Below, piece by piece: positions 20,717-29,704 of a stretch of DNA of 64,000 bases. The notes beneath the pieces were generated by a model that was not told the DNA's origin, made no database searches, and saw only the letters and a list, made by a program, of their open reading frames with translations. The position numbers and the translations under genes were made by a program. Numbering within the stretch: the stretch's first letter is position 1; every line of letters starts with the position of its first letter. The stretch is from Candidatus Marinacidobacterales bacterium (GTDB lineage Bacteria; Acidobacteriota; Vicinamibacteria; Marinacidobacterales; DATDRI01), in the NCBI GenBank assembly GCA_965219415.1, contig CBDCNP010000002.1:2688001-2752000 (forward strand), written 5' to 3'.

Positions 20717-22879
20717 ATGAACTCGAGAGCTCGTCGCCGAACACGCCCACGCCTGGCCAGCTTCTGCTCGCTGGTTCTCCTAGCGGGGATCTCACTGAGC
20801 ACGGCCTCCGAGGAACCGGCTCTCCGAGGCTTCGTGGACGATGAGGTAGCTTCACAACTCGTGTGGGAGAATCGCTACCGCGAGCTCCCCGAACCGCAAA
20901 ACATACGGTCGTACATGCAGTCCATCTCGGAAGAACCTCACCATGCGGGAGGACCCGGCAGCAAACGAGTAGCTGAATATATCTTGTCGAAGTTCGAGTC
21001 CTGGGGGCTCACCGCTTGGATCGAGGAGTACGAGGCTCTGATGCCCATGCCGACGGAAAGAGTCCTCGAGCTCCTCGAGCCGGAAACTTTCACCGCGAAG
21101 CTGGAAGAGCCCGCCTTGGCGGAAGACAAAGATTCTTCTGATAGCGATCAGCTGCCTCCTTTCAACGCGTACGCCGCGGACGGTGAGGTGACCGGCCAAC
21201 TCGTTTATGTCAACATCGAGGTACAAGGGAAGATCGTCATCGCCCGGTACGGTCGTAGCTGGCGAGGTATCAAGGCGAAGCTAGCCTGGGAGCATGGTGC
21301 CATCGCGTGCCTCCTCTACTCCGACCCCGAGGACGACGGCTATCGAAAAGGCGACATCTATCCGGCTGGCCCTTTTCGGCCATGGGGAGGTGTGCAGAGA
21401 GGCAGCGTAATGGATATGCCCATCCATCCGGGAGACCCGCTAACCCCAGGCTGGGCGGGCGAGAAAGGAGCTCGGAAGCTCGCGATTTCCGAGACGCGCA
21501 CTCTGATTCCGATCCCGGTTCAGCCTCTTTCCTATGCCGACGCCGTGCCGCTTCTGAAATATCTGCGGGGACCGGTAGCACCGGACGAGTGGCAGGGAGC
21601 GCTTCCCATTACCTACCACGTGGGCCCCGGCCCGGCGAAGGCGCGCCTCAAGCTCTCCTTCGACTGGCAAGTCCGGCCAGTGTACAACGTGCTCGCACGC
21701 ATCGACGGCCACGTTTTTCCCAATGAATGGATCATTCATGGCAACCACCACGACTCCTGGGTGAACGGCGCGACGGACCCGACAAGTGGCAACGTCGCCT
21801 TGATGGAAACGGCGCGCGCATTTTCCGAAATGGTCAAACAAGGTTGGGAGCCCAAACGGACCATCATCTTTGCATCTTGGGATGCGGAGGAGTGGGGCCT
21901 GATCGGCTCTACCGAGTGGGTGGAGAAGCACGCAGACGACCTTCGAGAGAAGGCGGTCGCCTATATCAACACCGATTCGACGGGCAAAGGGTGGCTCTCT
22001 ACTGCGGGCAGCCATTCCCTGCAGAAGCTCGTGAGTCAAGTCGCCCGCGATGTCTCCGATCCTCAAAGCGGGAAAAGCCTTCGCCAGGCGGCGCGCGAGC
22101 GGCGCATCGAGCAGGCAAAAACCGATGAAGACAGAGAAAAAATTGAAAAGCGTGTCGACCTCGCGCTCAGCGCATTGGGCTCCGGCTCGGATTACACCGC
22201 GTTTCTGGATCATCTCGCCATCGCGTCGCTGAACTTCGGATTTGGTGGGGCAAGTAACGGCGGGGTCTACCACAGTGCCTACGATTCCTTTGACTGGTAC
22301 ACGCGGTTCTCCGACACCAGCTTCGAATACGGGAGGGTCCTTTCTCGGGTCGTAGGAACGACCATCCTTAGATTAGCGGACGCTACCGTGCTCCCCTTCC
22401 ACTTCACCGACTATGCAGAGACCTTGGAGCAATACATCGACGAGATCGAAAAGACTCGCGAGGAAATGAAGGACCCGCCCGCTGTCGATCTCTCCACGGT
22501 GCGGGCCGCCGTCGAAGAGCTCCGCCGAGCCGGCGAGTCTTACGAATCCGCGTTAGCCCGTTTCTCGATCGTGAACGCGAGCTCGCTTCAGCCGGAGGCG
22601 GCCGAGCTGGCTAGGCTCAATCGCCTCCTCTACACCTCGGAGAGGCTGTTGGGCTACGAAGACGGGCTTCCCGATCGCGAGTGGTTCCGGCACCAGGTCT
22701 ACGCACCCGGTTATTACACGGGTTACGGTGTCAAGACTCTCCCTGGAATCCGGGAAAGCCTAGAGCAAAGGTCGAAAGAAAATTTGGACCGCTACGTCCC
22801 GATCGTCACCAGTGCCATCCGACAATTGGCGGGGCAAGTGAACGAAGCACAAGTCATCTTACAAAGCCTCTCCCGGTAG
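20717..22879 (+). CDS. M28 glutamate carboxypeptidase II-like peptidase (PA and TfR dimerisation domains)
   Basis: GNHHDSW, GATDPTSG, SWDAEEWG, YINTD, GSGSDY, YHSAYD; about 14 aa appear missing in the PA domain near 21212. Confidence 0.9.
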   Translation: MNSRARRRTRPRLASFCSLVLLAGISLSTASEEPALRGFVDDEVASQLVWENRYRELPEPQNIRSYMQSISEEPHHAGGPGSKRVAEYILSKFESWGLTAWIEEYEALMPMPTERVLELLEPETFTAKLEEPALAEDKDSSDSDQLPPFNAYAADGEVTGQLVYVNIEVQGKIVIARYGRSWRGIKAKLAWEHGAIACLLYSDPEDDGYRKGDIYPAGPFRPWGGVQRGSVMDMPIHPGDPLTPGWAGEKGARKLAISETRTLIPIPVQPLSYADAVPLLKYLRGPVAPDEWQGALPITYHVGPGPAKARLKLSFDWQVRPVYNVLARIDGHVFPNEWIIHGNHHDSWVNGATDPTSGNVALMETARAFSEMVKQGWEPKRTIIFASWDAEEWGLIGSTEWVEKHADDLREKAVAYINTDSTGKGWLSTAGSHSLQKLVSQVARDVSDPQSGKSLRQAARERRIEQAKTDEDREKIEKRVDLALSALGSGSDYTAFLDHLAIASLNFGFGGASNGGVYHSAYDSFDWYTRFSDTSFEYGRVLSRVVGTTILRLADATVLPFHFTDYAETLEQYIDEIEKTREEMKDPPAVDLSTVRAAVEELRRAGESYESALARFSIVNASSLQPEAAELARLNRLLYTSERLLGYEDGLPDREWFRHQVYAPGYYTGYGVKTLPGIRESLEQRSKENLDRYVPIVTSAIRQLAGQVNEAQVILQSLSR

Positions 22880-23086
22880 GACCGAGGCAAGAGAGACGCG
22901 ACGGGACGACCGTAGGCGCTCGAGGACTGCGAGGACGCGGTACACGGCGCCGCGAGGAACGTTCACCGCTGCGGGGACCCGCACGGACCTCGAAATACGG
23001 CCTGTTGGTTGAGCAGGCAGGCGCCATAAAAGCCACCCCAGCACTCAAGAGAAAGCGCGACCGGCTCGTGTCGTTTCTGTTGCTGG

Positions 23087-24250
23087 ATGTCCGAAGCCTC
23101 TGCTACACTTTCACTAATGCGCTTCCCCGGCAGCAAGCTGCTCTCCCAAGACCTGTCGACCGAGACCACACCCCTCGAGAGCGTCACAAGGCAATGCGAG
23201 GACGTCAACCTCTCGGGCTACATGGAGATCGCTTTCGGTGACGCCGAAGGACTGATCCTGTTTTACTTGGGAGAGCAAATCAACATCATTTATCGCGCAG
23301 GAAATGAAATCTCGGTCTCCAATGAGGCGATGCTCAAATTGAGAAACGCAGCGAGCCTGAAAGAAGCCAAGGTCTCGGGTCTACGAGTTACCGCTGGACA
23401 TGGCTCATATGCTGCGGGGCCTTTCCAACCGCCAGGAGATCTTCGGACAGATCTTCGCATCCCAGCCCCTCCGGGATCTTCTTTCGAAGTTGGAGAAAGA
23501 AGGGCACACCGGCTCCCTAGAGGTGATCACCAACAAGGGCACCGGAATGATCCTGTTGGTGCGGGGCCGATTCTCGAACGGCTACTTCGAAACCACCGGC
23601 GGCGTCACCTTCGAGAAGGGCGAAGCCATGAACAAGGTCTTCGAAGCTCTGGACGCGCCCGAAACTTCGGCCCGGGTCTTCCAGTCCGAGTTCTCGTCGA
23701 ACATTTGGAAAGCCCGCCATGAAACGCAACGGGCTAGGTCCAGCCGTCTCCATGAGATTCTCGAGCAACAAAGACCGCAGGAGCCAACCTCGGCGAGCTC
23801 ACCGCCTCCGGAGCCGGTTGCAGAGCCAGAAGCGGCCCAACCAAAGAGGAAGGTTACCGACCGAAAACCGCTCCAGCAGAAAGTCCTCAGCGCCATCCGC
23901 GAGCAGACTCCGTCCATGCTGGCATCCTTCTTCTTCAACCTCAGCACCGAAGAGATCGAATTGGAGCAAGTGGGGTTTCCGAAGGAGACCGAGGAGCAAC
24001 TCATCATCGAAAAGCTACCCGCTTTCGTGAAGTACTTGGAGAACCTCGCTTCCATGAAAGACGAGGACCATGTGGAAACGCTCTCCCTGAGCACTGAGAA
24101 CTTCTACGTGATCGTGAAGTGCATACCGGGAAACGGGGCGAGGGTCTTGCCCTCATCACCGACAAGAGCCAGCCGGTCGCCTTGGCCAGCGCGCTCCTCC
24201 TGAACTCCGCGCATCGGTACGTGGCCATGGTGAGCGGAATATTGCTTTAG
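23087..24250 (+). CDS. Hypothetical protein with two DUF4388/PATAN-like domains and a roadblock-like C-terminus (two frameshifts)
   Basis: Repeated L...(S/T)G.(M/L)E(I/V)....G.I....G pattern; Pro/Glu linker; +1 G near 23378 and 24137. Confidence 0.5.
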
Positions 24251-24253
24251 ACT

Positions 24254-24294
24254 TGCCCGCCGTAGCTGGTGTGGACTCCCTAGCGAAGGCGGGT
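24254..24294. repeat. REP-like palindrome CCCGCCGWAGC...GCGAAGGCGGG
   Basis: Hairpin between convergent genes; same core as other copies in the window. Confidence 0.55.
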
Positions 24295-25050
24295 TCAGCC
24301 CACTAGCACCGACCCGCCGTTCACGTTCAGTATTTCTCCGGTAATGTAAGTCGCCAGCTCGGAGGCCAGAAACACGACCGCTCCCGCAATTTCGTCGGGC
24401 GTTCCCGGTCGCCGAAGCGGTATCGTTGCCTCCACCACCGCGCGTTCGGGCGAGGCAAACGTCTCCGCGGTCATATCCGTTGCCACCCACCCCGGGGCGA
24501 CACAGTTCACCAAGATCCCGTGCGGAGCCAGCTCGAGCGCCAGCGACTTCGTGAAACTGATAACGCCCCCTTTGGACGCCGAGTAATGGGAATAGAACGC
24601 TTCGCCCCTTTGACCGGAAGTCGAAGAGATGAGAACGATACGACCAGATCTGCGAGGGATCATCACACGGGCCGCGTGCTTGGCGACCAGGAACACCCCT
24701 TTGAGATTCGTGTTCAGGGTCTCGTCCCATTGATCAACGGTCATCTCGGGAAGAACCGCCTTCTTCCAGACCCCCGCATTGGCAACGACCGCATCGAGTG
24801 CCCCAAGTTGCGACTCCGTTTGAGAGACGAGGTCCCGCACCGCGTTCTCCTGAGCCACATCGGCCTGGAGAGCGATCGCGCGGCCCCCCTTGGCCTCGAT
24901 GCCTCGGACGACGTCCTTCGCCTTTTCCCGCCGGGTCGCGTAACTAACTGCCACGCTGGCTCCCGCCGAAGCGAACCAAGCCGCGATGGCCTCTCCGATT
25001 CCTCGGGAACCACCCGTCACCAGTGCCACCTTACCCGTCAAATCGATCAT
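24295..25050 (-). CDS. FabG-like SDR (3-oxoacyl-ACP reductase family)
   Basis: TGGSRGIG, ANAG, YSASKGG, VAPGWVAT, ITGEILNVNGG. Confidence 0.9.
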   Translation of the reverse strand: MIDLTGKVALVTGGSRGIGEAIAAWFASAGASVAVSYATRREKAKDVVRGIEAKGGRAIALQADVAQENAVRDLVSQTESQLGALDAVVANAGVWKKAVLPEMTVDQWDETLNTNLKGVFLVAKHAARVMIPRRSGRIVLISSTSGQRGEAFYSHYSASKGGVISFTKSLALELAPHGILVNCVAPGWVATDMTAETFASPERAVVEATIPLRRPGTPDEIAGAVVFLASELATYITGEILNVNGGSVLVG

Positions 25051-25085
25051 GGGCTCGCCCTCCGCGCGGACGGGCGATTATAGCT

Positions 25086-25235
25086 CGCCTACGCCGTGGC
25101 AGATTTCATGACTGGCCACGGCTACGGCGAGGCCTCGCCGACCGACTCCGCCCTGCAGGCTTCGTCGAGTCTCGCCGAAGCGAAGGGTAGGCGGCAGTTC
25201 GCCGATCGAGATACAAGTGCGAAGGAAGGCGGGCC
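25086..25235. repeat. Nested REP-like palindromic cluster
   Basis: GCCTACGCCGTGGC...GCCACGGCTACGGCG, CGCCGAAGC and GAAGGCGGG modules. Confidence 0.5.
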
Positions 25236-25319
25236 TGCGATTTCTCCCGCCGTCCGCCGGGACCCTTCTGTTGAGGCGTCGCGCGGCCTGTGATAATTTG
25301 TCCCGGTTTGGCGAGCCGC

Positions 25320-25973
25320 TTGGGTTATCTCATCAGCTTCGAGGGAATCGAGGGGTGTGGCAAATCGACTCAAGCCAAGCTCCTAGCAAAGCGACTGGAG
25401 AATAGCGGCCGCTCTTGCCTGCTGACGCGAGAACCAGGAGGCACTCAGATCGGCAGAGAGATTCGGAAGGTTCTCTTGCACCCGGCCCACCATCGGATGG
25501 TGGCGGAGGTCGAGTTGGCGCTGTACTTCGCGGATCGCGGTCAACACCTTGAAGAGGTCATCCGTCCGGCGCTCGAAGAGGGCCGGATCGTGATCACGGA
25601 TCGATTCACCGATTCGAGTATCGCCTACCAAGGATACGCGCGCGGTTTGTCGCGCCGGTTGATCCGCTCGTTCGATCGGTTGATGACCGGCGAGTTTCGT
25701 CCTCGCTTCACGGTCCTGCTCGATCTGCCGCCCGAGCACGGCCTGCGTCGTGCTCGAGTTCGCAACCGGAGAAGTCGCCAGAGTCGCACTCAGGGTCGTT
25801 TCGAGCTCGAGCGGCTCGAGTTCCACCGCAAGGTTCGCAAGGGGTATCTACAGCTCGCTCGCCAGGAGAAACGGCGTTTCGTAGTCGTGCCTGCCACCGG
25901 TAATCGACTCCAGATTCACGAGGACATCTGGAAGCGGCTGGCTCCCCGAGTGTCTCGCTTGAGCCGGTCTTGA
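25320..25973 (+). CDS. tmk: Thymidylate kinase
   Basis: SFEGIEGCGKST, TREPGGT, DRFTDSSIAYQG; precedes holB. Confidence 0.95.
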   Translation: MGYLISFEGIEGCGKSTQAKLLAKRLENSGRSCLLTREPGGTQIGREIRKVLLHPAHHRMVAEVELALYFADRGQHLEEVIRPALEEGRIVITDRFTDSSIAYQGYARGLSRRLIRSFDRLMTGEFRPRFTVLLDLPPEHGLRRARVRNRRSRQSRTQGRFELERLEFHRKVRKGYLQLARQEKRRFVVVPATGNRLQIHEDIWKRLAPRVSRLSRS

Positions 25974-26028
25974 TGCTCCAGTCGAACGGTCGCGGAAGCA
26001 TCTCCGCAAGCCGCGTGCCACGAAAAAG

Positions 26029-27069
26029 ATGTCTTTCTCGCAACTAATTGGAAACCGTTCGGCGCTCGATCGCCTACGGAAAATGTTGGCTCGCGGCCAG
26101 GTTCCTACCAGCTTGCTCTTCAGCGGACCCGACGGCGTGGGAAAGCTCGATGCCGCGATGAACCTGGCCAAGGCGCTAAATTGCGCGCAGGCCGTCGATG
26201 GCGGTGACGAGGCTTGCGACGAATGCCCCGCCTGCCGGCGCATCGATTCGGGAAGCTTCCCGGACGTGCGCCGCATTGCGCCAGAAGGAGCCGGGGGGCA
26301 GATCAAAGCGGAAGCCGTGCGACCGGTGGTGAGCGAAAGCCCCTTCCGACCCTTCGAAGGCAGGAAGCGTGTGTATATCATCGAAGTAGCCGACCGCATG
26401 AACCCCACCGCGGCCAACACGCTGCTCAAGACACTCGAGGAATCGCCGTCTTGGATCGTGGTCGTGCTGCTTACTTCGCACGAGGCCGCCATGCTCCCTA
26501 CGCTACTTTCCCGTTGCCAAAAGATTCGCTTTCTTCCCCTGCTCCCGGAGGAAATTGCAGACCTCCTCGTCTCGCACCATGGGTTTTCAGCCGAGGATGC
26601 CAACCTAGCTTCGTCGGCCTCGGGCGGGAGCCTCGCCCGAGCGCTGGCCACAAAAACAGACGAGCTGGTCGAGTTGCGTGCTGAGGCCATGGAAGTAGCG
26701 AACATGCTGGCCGACGCCCCCGGCCGTGCGGAGTTGTTTGCGCGGGCCGACCGGCTCGCCAAGCACAAATCGCTGATCGATGTCGTGCGATTGCTGGTGG
26801 GACTCCTCCGGGACATCTCTTGCATCGCAGGCGGTGAACAGGGTTCCGTCGTGCACTGGGATAGCGAAGACCTCGGACTCCTCGCTTCGCGCGTTCCGCT
26901 CGAGTTATGGCTCGAGGCCTTCGTCCTGGCCGAACAATCGCTCCAAGATCTCGCGGTGCGCTACGCGAACAAGAGAATCACCCTCGAACGCCTGTTTCTA
27001 GCGCTTTGCGGACTTCAGGGGCGGGGCATGCAACGCCAATTTGCCGGCGGAGGGAGCGCCCCACGATGA
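26029..27069 (+). CDS. holB: DNA polymerase III subunit delta'
   Basis: GPDGVGK, zinc-binding CDECPAC, ANTLLKTLEE, TLLSRC; tmk-holB order. Confidence 0.93.
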   Translation: MSFSQLIGNRSALDRLRKMLARGQVPTSLLFSGPDGVGKLDAAMNLAKALNCAQAVDGGDEACDECPACRRIDSGSFPDVRRIAPEGAGGQIKAEAVRPVVSESPFRPFEGRKRVYIIEVADRMNPTAANTLLKTLEESPSWIVVVLLTSHEAAMLPTLLSRCQKIRFLPLLPEEIADLLVSHHGFSAEDANLASSASGGSLARALATKTDELVELRAEAMEVANMLADAPGRAELFARADRLAKHKSLIDVVRLLVGLLRDISCIAGGEQGSVVHWDSEDLGLLASRVPLELWLEAFVLAEQSLQDLAVRYANKRITLERLFLALCGLQGRGMQRQFAGGGSAPR

Positions 27070-27125
27070 GAGACTCTACGAGAACGAAGGCGAACCGCCG
27101 GCGAACACCGCTGTCCGATCGACAC

Positions 27126-27154
27126 TTGCGCCCCCTCGGGCTTGGTGCTAGACT
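27126..27154 (+). promoter_or_regulatory. Putative sigma-70 promoter for the Hfq-like gene
   Basis: TTGCGC-N17-TAGACT with an extended TG. Confidence 0.45.
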
Positions 27155-27335
27155 CCTTGCAATCTGTTGGCGAACTTCAGATTAAGCCTCGGCAGGACCC
27201 AGTCCGGTTAGAGAAACCGGTGTTTCACAGCAGGCCGAGGGGCCGCTCTTACCTAAAACGTGTTAAGTCGGCGTGCCCTCGGGGTTGTCGAATCTCCTAT
27301 TCCCGAGAGCGCCAGTTTTTCGGGCCGGAAGACAG

Positions 27336-27659
27336 ATGAACAGAGGAACCGTGAATCGAAAGCTGATTCGTCCCAACCTAACGGATATCAAAGACCAGAT
27401 GTCTTCCAAGCCGGTGCGCCGAAAACCGGTCCCCCCGGAGCAAACCAACGCGGAGAGCTTCTACTACATCAAACAGATGAACAGCAAGACCCCCGTGGTG
27501 CTGGTACTGCAAGATGGAGAAGAGCTCAGAGGGGTGATCGAGTGGTACGACAAAAGCTGTCTCAAAGTGAACCGCATCGACAAGCCCAACATTCTCATCT
27601 TCAAGCACAACATCAAGTACATGTACAAGGAGAACGAGGTAAAGGGCGAGAACGATTAG
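27336..27659 (+). CDS. Hfq-like (Sm-fold) RNA chaperone
   Basis: KTPVVLVLQDGEELRGVIEWYD...ILIFKHNIKY (Sm1/Sm2 motifs, FKH); basic N-terminal extension. Confidence 0.8.
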   Translation: MNRGTVNRKLIRPNLTDIKDQMSSKPVRRKPVPPEQTNAESFYYIKQMNSKTPVVLVLQDGEELRGVIEWYDKSCLKVNRIDKPNILIFKHNIKYMYKENEVKGEND

Positions 27660-27820
27660 TGTCCTGCATCAGTGGATCGTTGCCTAAAGCTCGAGGCCAT
27701 TTTGTGGGCTGGCGAGGCGTGACGACGACGTCATATCTGGATATTTCTAGGAGCCACAACGAAGCCAGCGCGCAAAAGGGGCCGAGATTTAGGTGACGAG
27801 TTACTGATACAGGGCACTAA
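27656..27820. mobile_element. 165-bp palindromic MITE-like element
   Basis: TTAGTGTCCTGCATCAGT...ACTGATACAGGGCACTAA ends; pairing continues for about 55 bp per arm. Confidence 0.65.
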
Positions 27821-27824
27821 CTTC

Positions 27825-28301
27825 TTAGCGGTTTCGCTCCTTCAGCTCCGTCTGCACTTCCCGTTTCAAATCCCTCTCCCGCACCGCGGCACGCCGATCG
27901 TGGTGTTTCTTGCCCTTAGCAAGGGCCAGTTCCACTTTCAAACGCCCCTTGCGAAAGTAGATGCGTGTCGGAATGAGAGTTAGCCCTCTTTGGGAGATCT
28001 TTCCGATGAGTCGGCGGATCTCCCTTCGGTGGAGGAGAAGCTTACGGGGCCGGAGCGGTTCATGGTTCTCGTAGAAGGCGTGGGAATAAGGACTGATGTG
28101 ACACTGCATTAGATAAAGCTCCCCGTTTTTCTCGGCGGCGTAGCTATCCTTCAGGTTCACTCTCCCTTCGCGGGCGGCCTTGACCTCGGTGCCTTGAAGC
28201 ACCAAACCGGCCTCGAAACGGTCCGTCAACTGATAGTTGTAGCCGGCCTTGCGGTTCACGGCCACGATTTTCACGGCCGGGTCGCTCGACTTATCTGCCA
28301 T
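27825..28301 (-). CDS. smpB: SsrA-binding protein SmpB
   Basis: NRKA..NY, EAGLVLQGTEVK, RPRKLLLHRREI, KGKKHHDRR. Confidence 0.97.
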   Translation of the reverse strand: MADKSSDPAVKIVAVNRKAGYNYQLTDRFEAGLVLQGTEVKAAREGRVNLKDSYAAEKNGELYLMQCHISPYSHAFYENHEPLRPRKLLLHRREIRRLIGKISQRGLTLIPTRIYFRKGRLKVELALAKGKKHHDRRAAVRERDLKREVQTELKERNR

Positions 28302-28477
28302 CCGTTGAGGGCTCCTGACTGTAAAGGACTCGATTGTGGTCACTTATCGCCCCGAGCCCAAAGGGGCGATCCCGGTGCCAGCGAGTGGTCTGTGCTATAA
28401 TAAACCGCGGGTGCATCCTCGTAAACTTCGGAAGGAACAGGAGTAATGGTCGCTAGTCGACCGGCTCGCACGCCTCG

Positions 28478-29692
28478 ATGAGCCAATTCATTTGCAAAGT
28501 CGGTACCAGCGGCGGCGACATCATGGAGATTGCCCGCCGGGCCGACGACGAAGGCTCGGTGAGACGCGAGCTTTCCGAGAGCGGATACCACATTTTCTCG
28601 GTGCGTCGTTCCTTCGGCTTGGCCCCGCTCTTGTCCGTGTTCCGACGTGGACCCGGCCGGATCAAGACCACCGAGTTCATCATTTTCAACCAGGAGCTCG
28701 CGGCGCTATTGAAGGCGGGCCTGCCCTTGCTCCAGTCGCTGAACATCATGCTCGAGAGGATGAAGAACCCTCAGCTGCGCGGAGTGCTCACCGACGTTCG
28801 CGACAAAGTCAAAGGCGGGATCTCGTTGTCCGAGGCCTTCGCCTCGCACGGCGATCTATTCCCGCGCATCTACTCTGCTTCCCTACTGGCGGGAGAAAAG
28901 AGCGGTAGCCTGGAAGCGGTCATTCGCCGCTACGTCCAGTACATGAAGCTGACCGAAGGTACCAGAAAAAAAGTGGTCGGGGCACTCATCTATCCGGCCT
29001 TCCTCTCCGCGGTCCTCGTGTTGGCAGCGTCGGTGCTTCTCTTCCACGTCGTTCCTAGATTCGGCGGGTTCTTCGAAAACTTCGGTGCCGATTTGCCTCC
29101 GCTTACGCTCGGCCTTCTCTGGTTCGCAAGCTCAGTGCGGGCGAATGCTTGGTTGATCTTGCTCGCTCTTGTGTTTGGTGGCACTGCTTTCTACGTCTGG
29201 TCTCGTCAAGAAAGCGCGAAAAAGAAGATCAACCATTCGAAGCTTAGGTTTCCTTACTTCGGCCAACTCCTGCGCCTCTTCGCGACGTCTCAACTGACGC
29301 GTTCGATCTCGACTCTGCTCGCCGGCGGCATCCCGCTGGTGCAGTCGATCGAGATTTCGGCCGGGTCGATCGCCAACCGTTTTCTCGGGCAAACGGTGGA
29401 GCCCGTCGCGGATCGGGTCCGGGAAGGCAAGTCTTTTGCCGCGAGCCTCGAAGGGACCGGTCAATTCTCCAACATGGTCATCGAAATGGCCAAAGTCGGA
29501 GAGAGCACCGGGAGCCTGGCGGACATGATGGGCTCGGTCGCCGACTTCAGCGACGAGGAGATCGACCATCGACTGAATATCATGATGGCCATGCTGACAC
29601 CGGTAATGCTCGTCGTGATGGGAGGGTTCGTGGCCTTGATCCTATTGGCCCTTTACCTACCCCTTTTCGGTCTAGCCGGCGTCATGCACTGA
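28478..29692 (+). CDS. pilC: Type II secretion / type IV pilus platform protein (GspF/PilC)
   Basis: LLKAGLPL, AGEKSGSL, ALIYP, VGESTGSL; three TM segments. Confidence 0.9.
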   Translation: MSQFICKVGTSGGDIMEIARRADDEGSVRRELSESGYHIFSVRRSFGLAPLLSVFRRGPGRIKTTEFIIFNQELAALLKAGLPLLQSLNIMLERMKNPQLRGVLTDVRDKVKGGISLSEAFASHGDLFPRIYSASLLAGEKSGSLEAVIRRYVQYMKLTEGTRKKVVGALIYPAFLSAVLVLAASVLLFHVVPRFGGFFENFGADLPPLTLGLLWFASSVRANAWLILLALVFGGTAFYVWSRQESAKKKINHSKLRFPYFGQLLRLFATSQLTRSISTLLAGGIPLVQSIEISAGSIANRFLGQTVEPVADRVREGKSFAASLEGTGQFSNMVIEMAKVGESTGSLADMMGSVADFSDEEIDHRLNIMMAMLTPVMLVVMGGFVALILLALYLPLFGLAGVMH

Positions 29693-29704
29693 GGTCCCCA
29701 GCAA

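Noticed and set aside
21195-21230. Short in-frame deletion in the M28 peptidase PA domain as a functional variant
   Set aside because: Cannot be told apart from an assembly error given the other junction anomalies nearby.
22880-23050. GC-rich intergenic stretch as an RNA element
   Set aside because: No convincing long stem or second copy found by eye.
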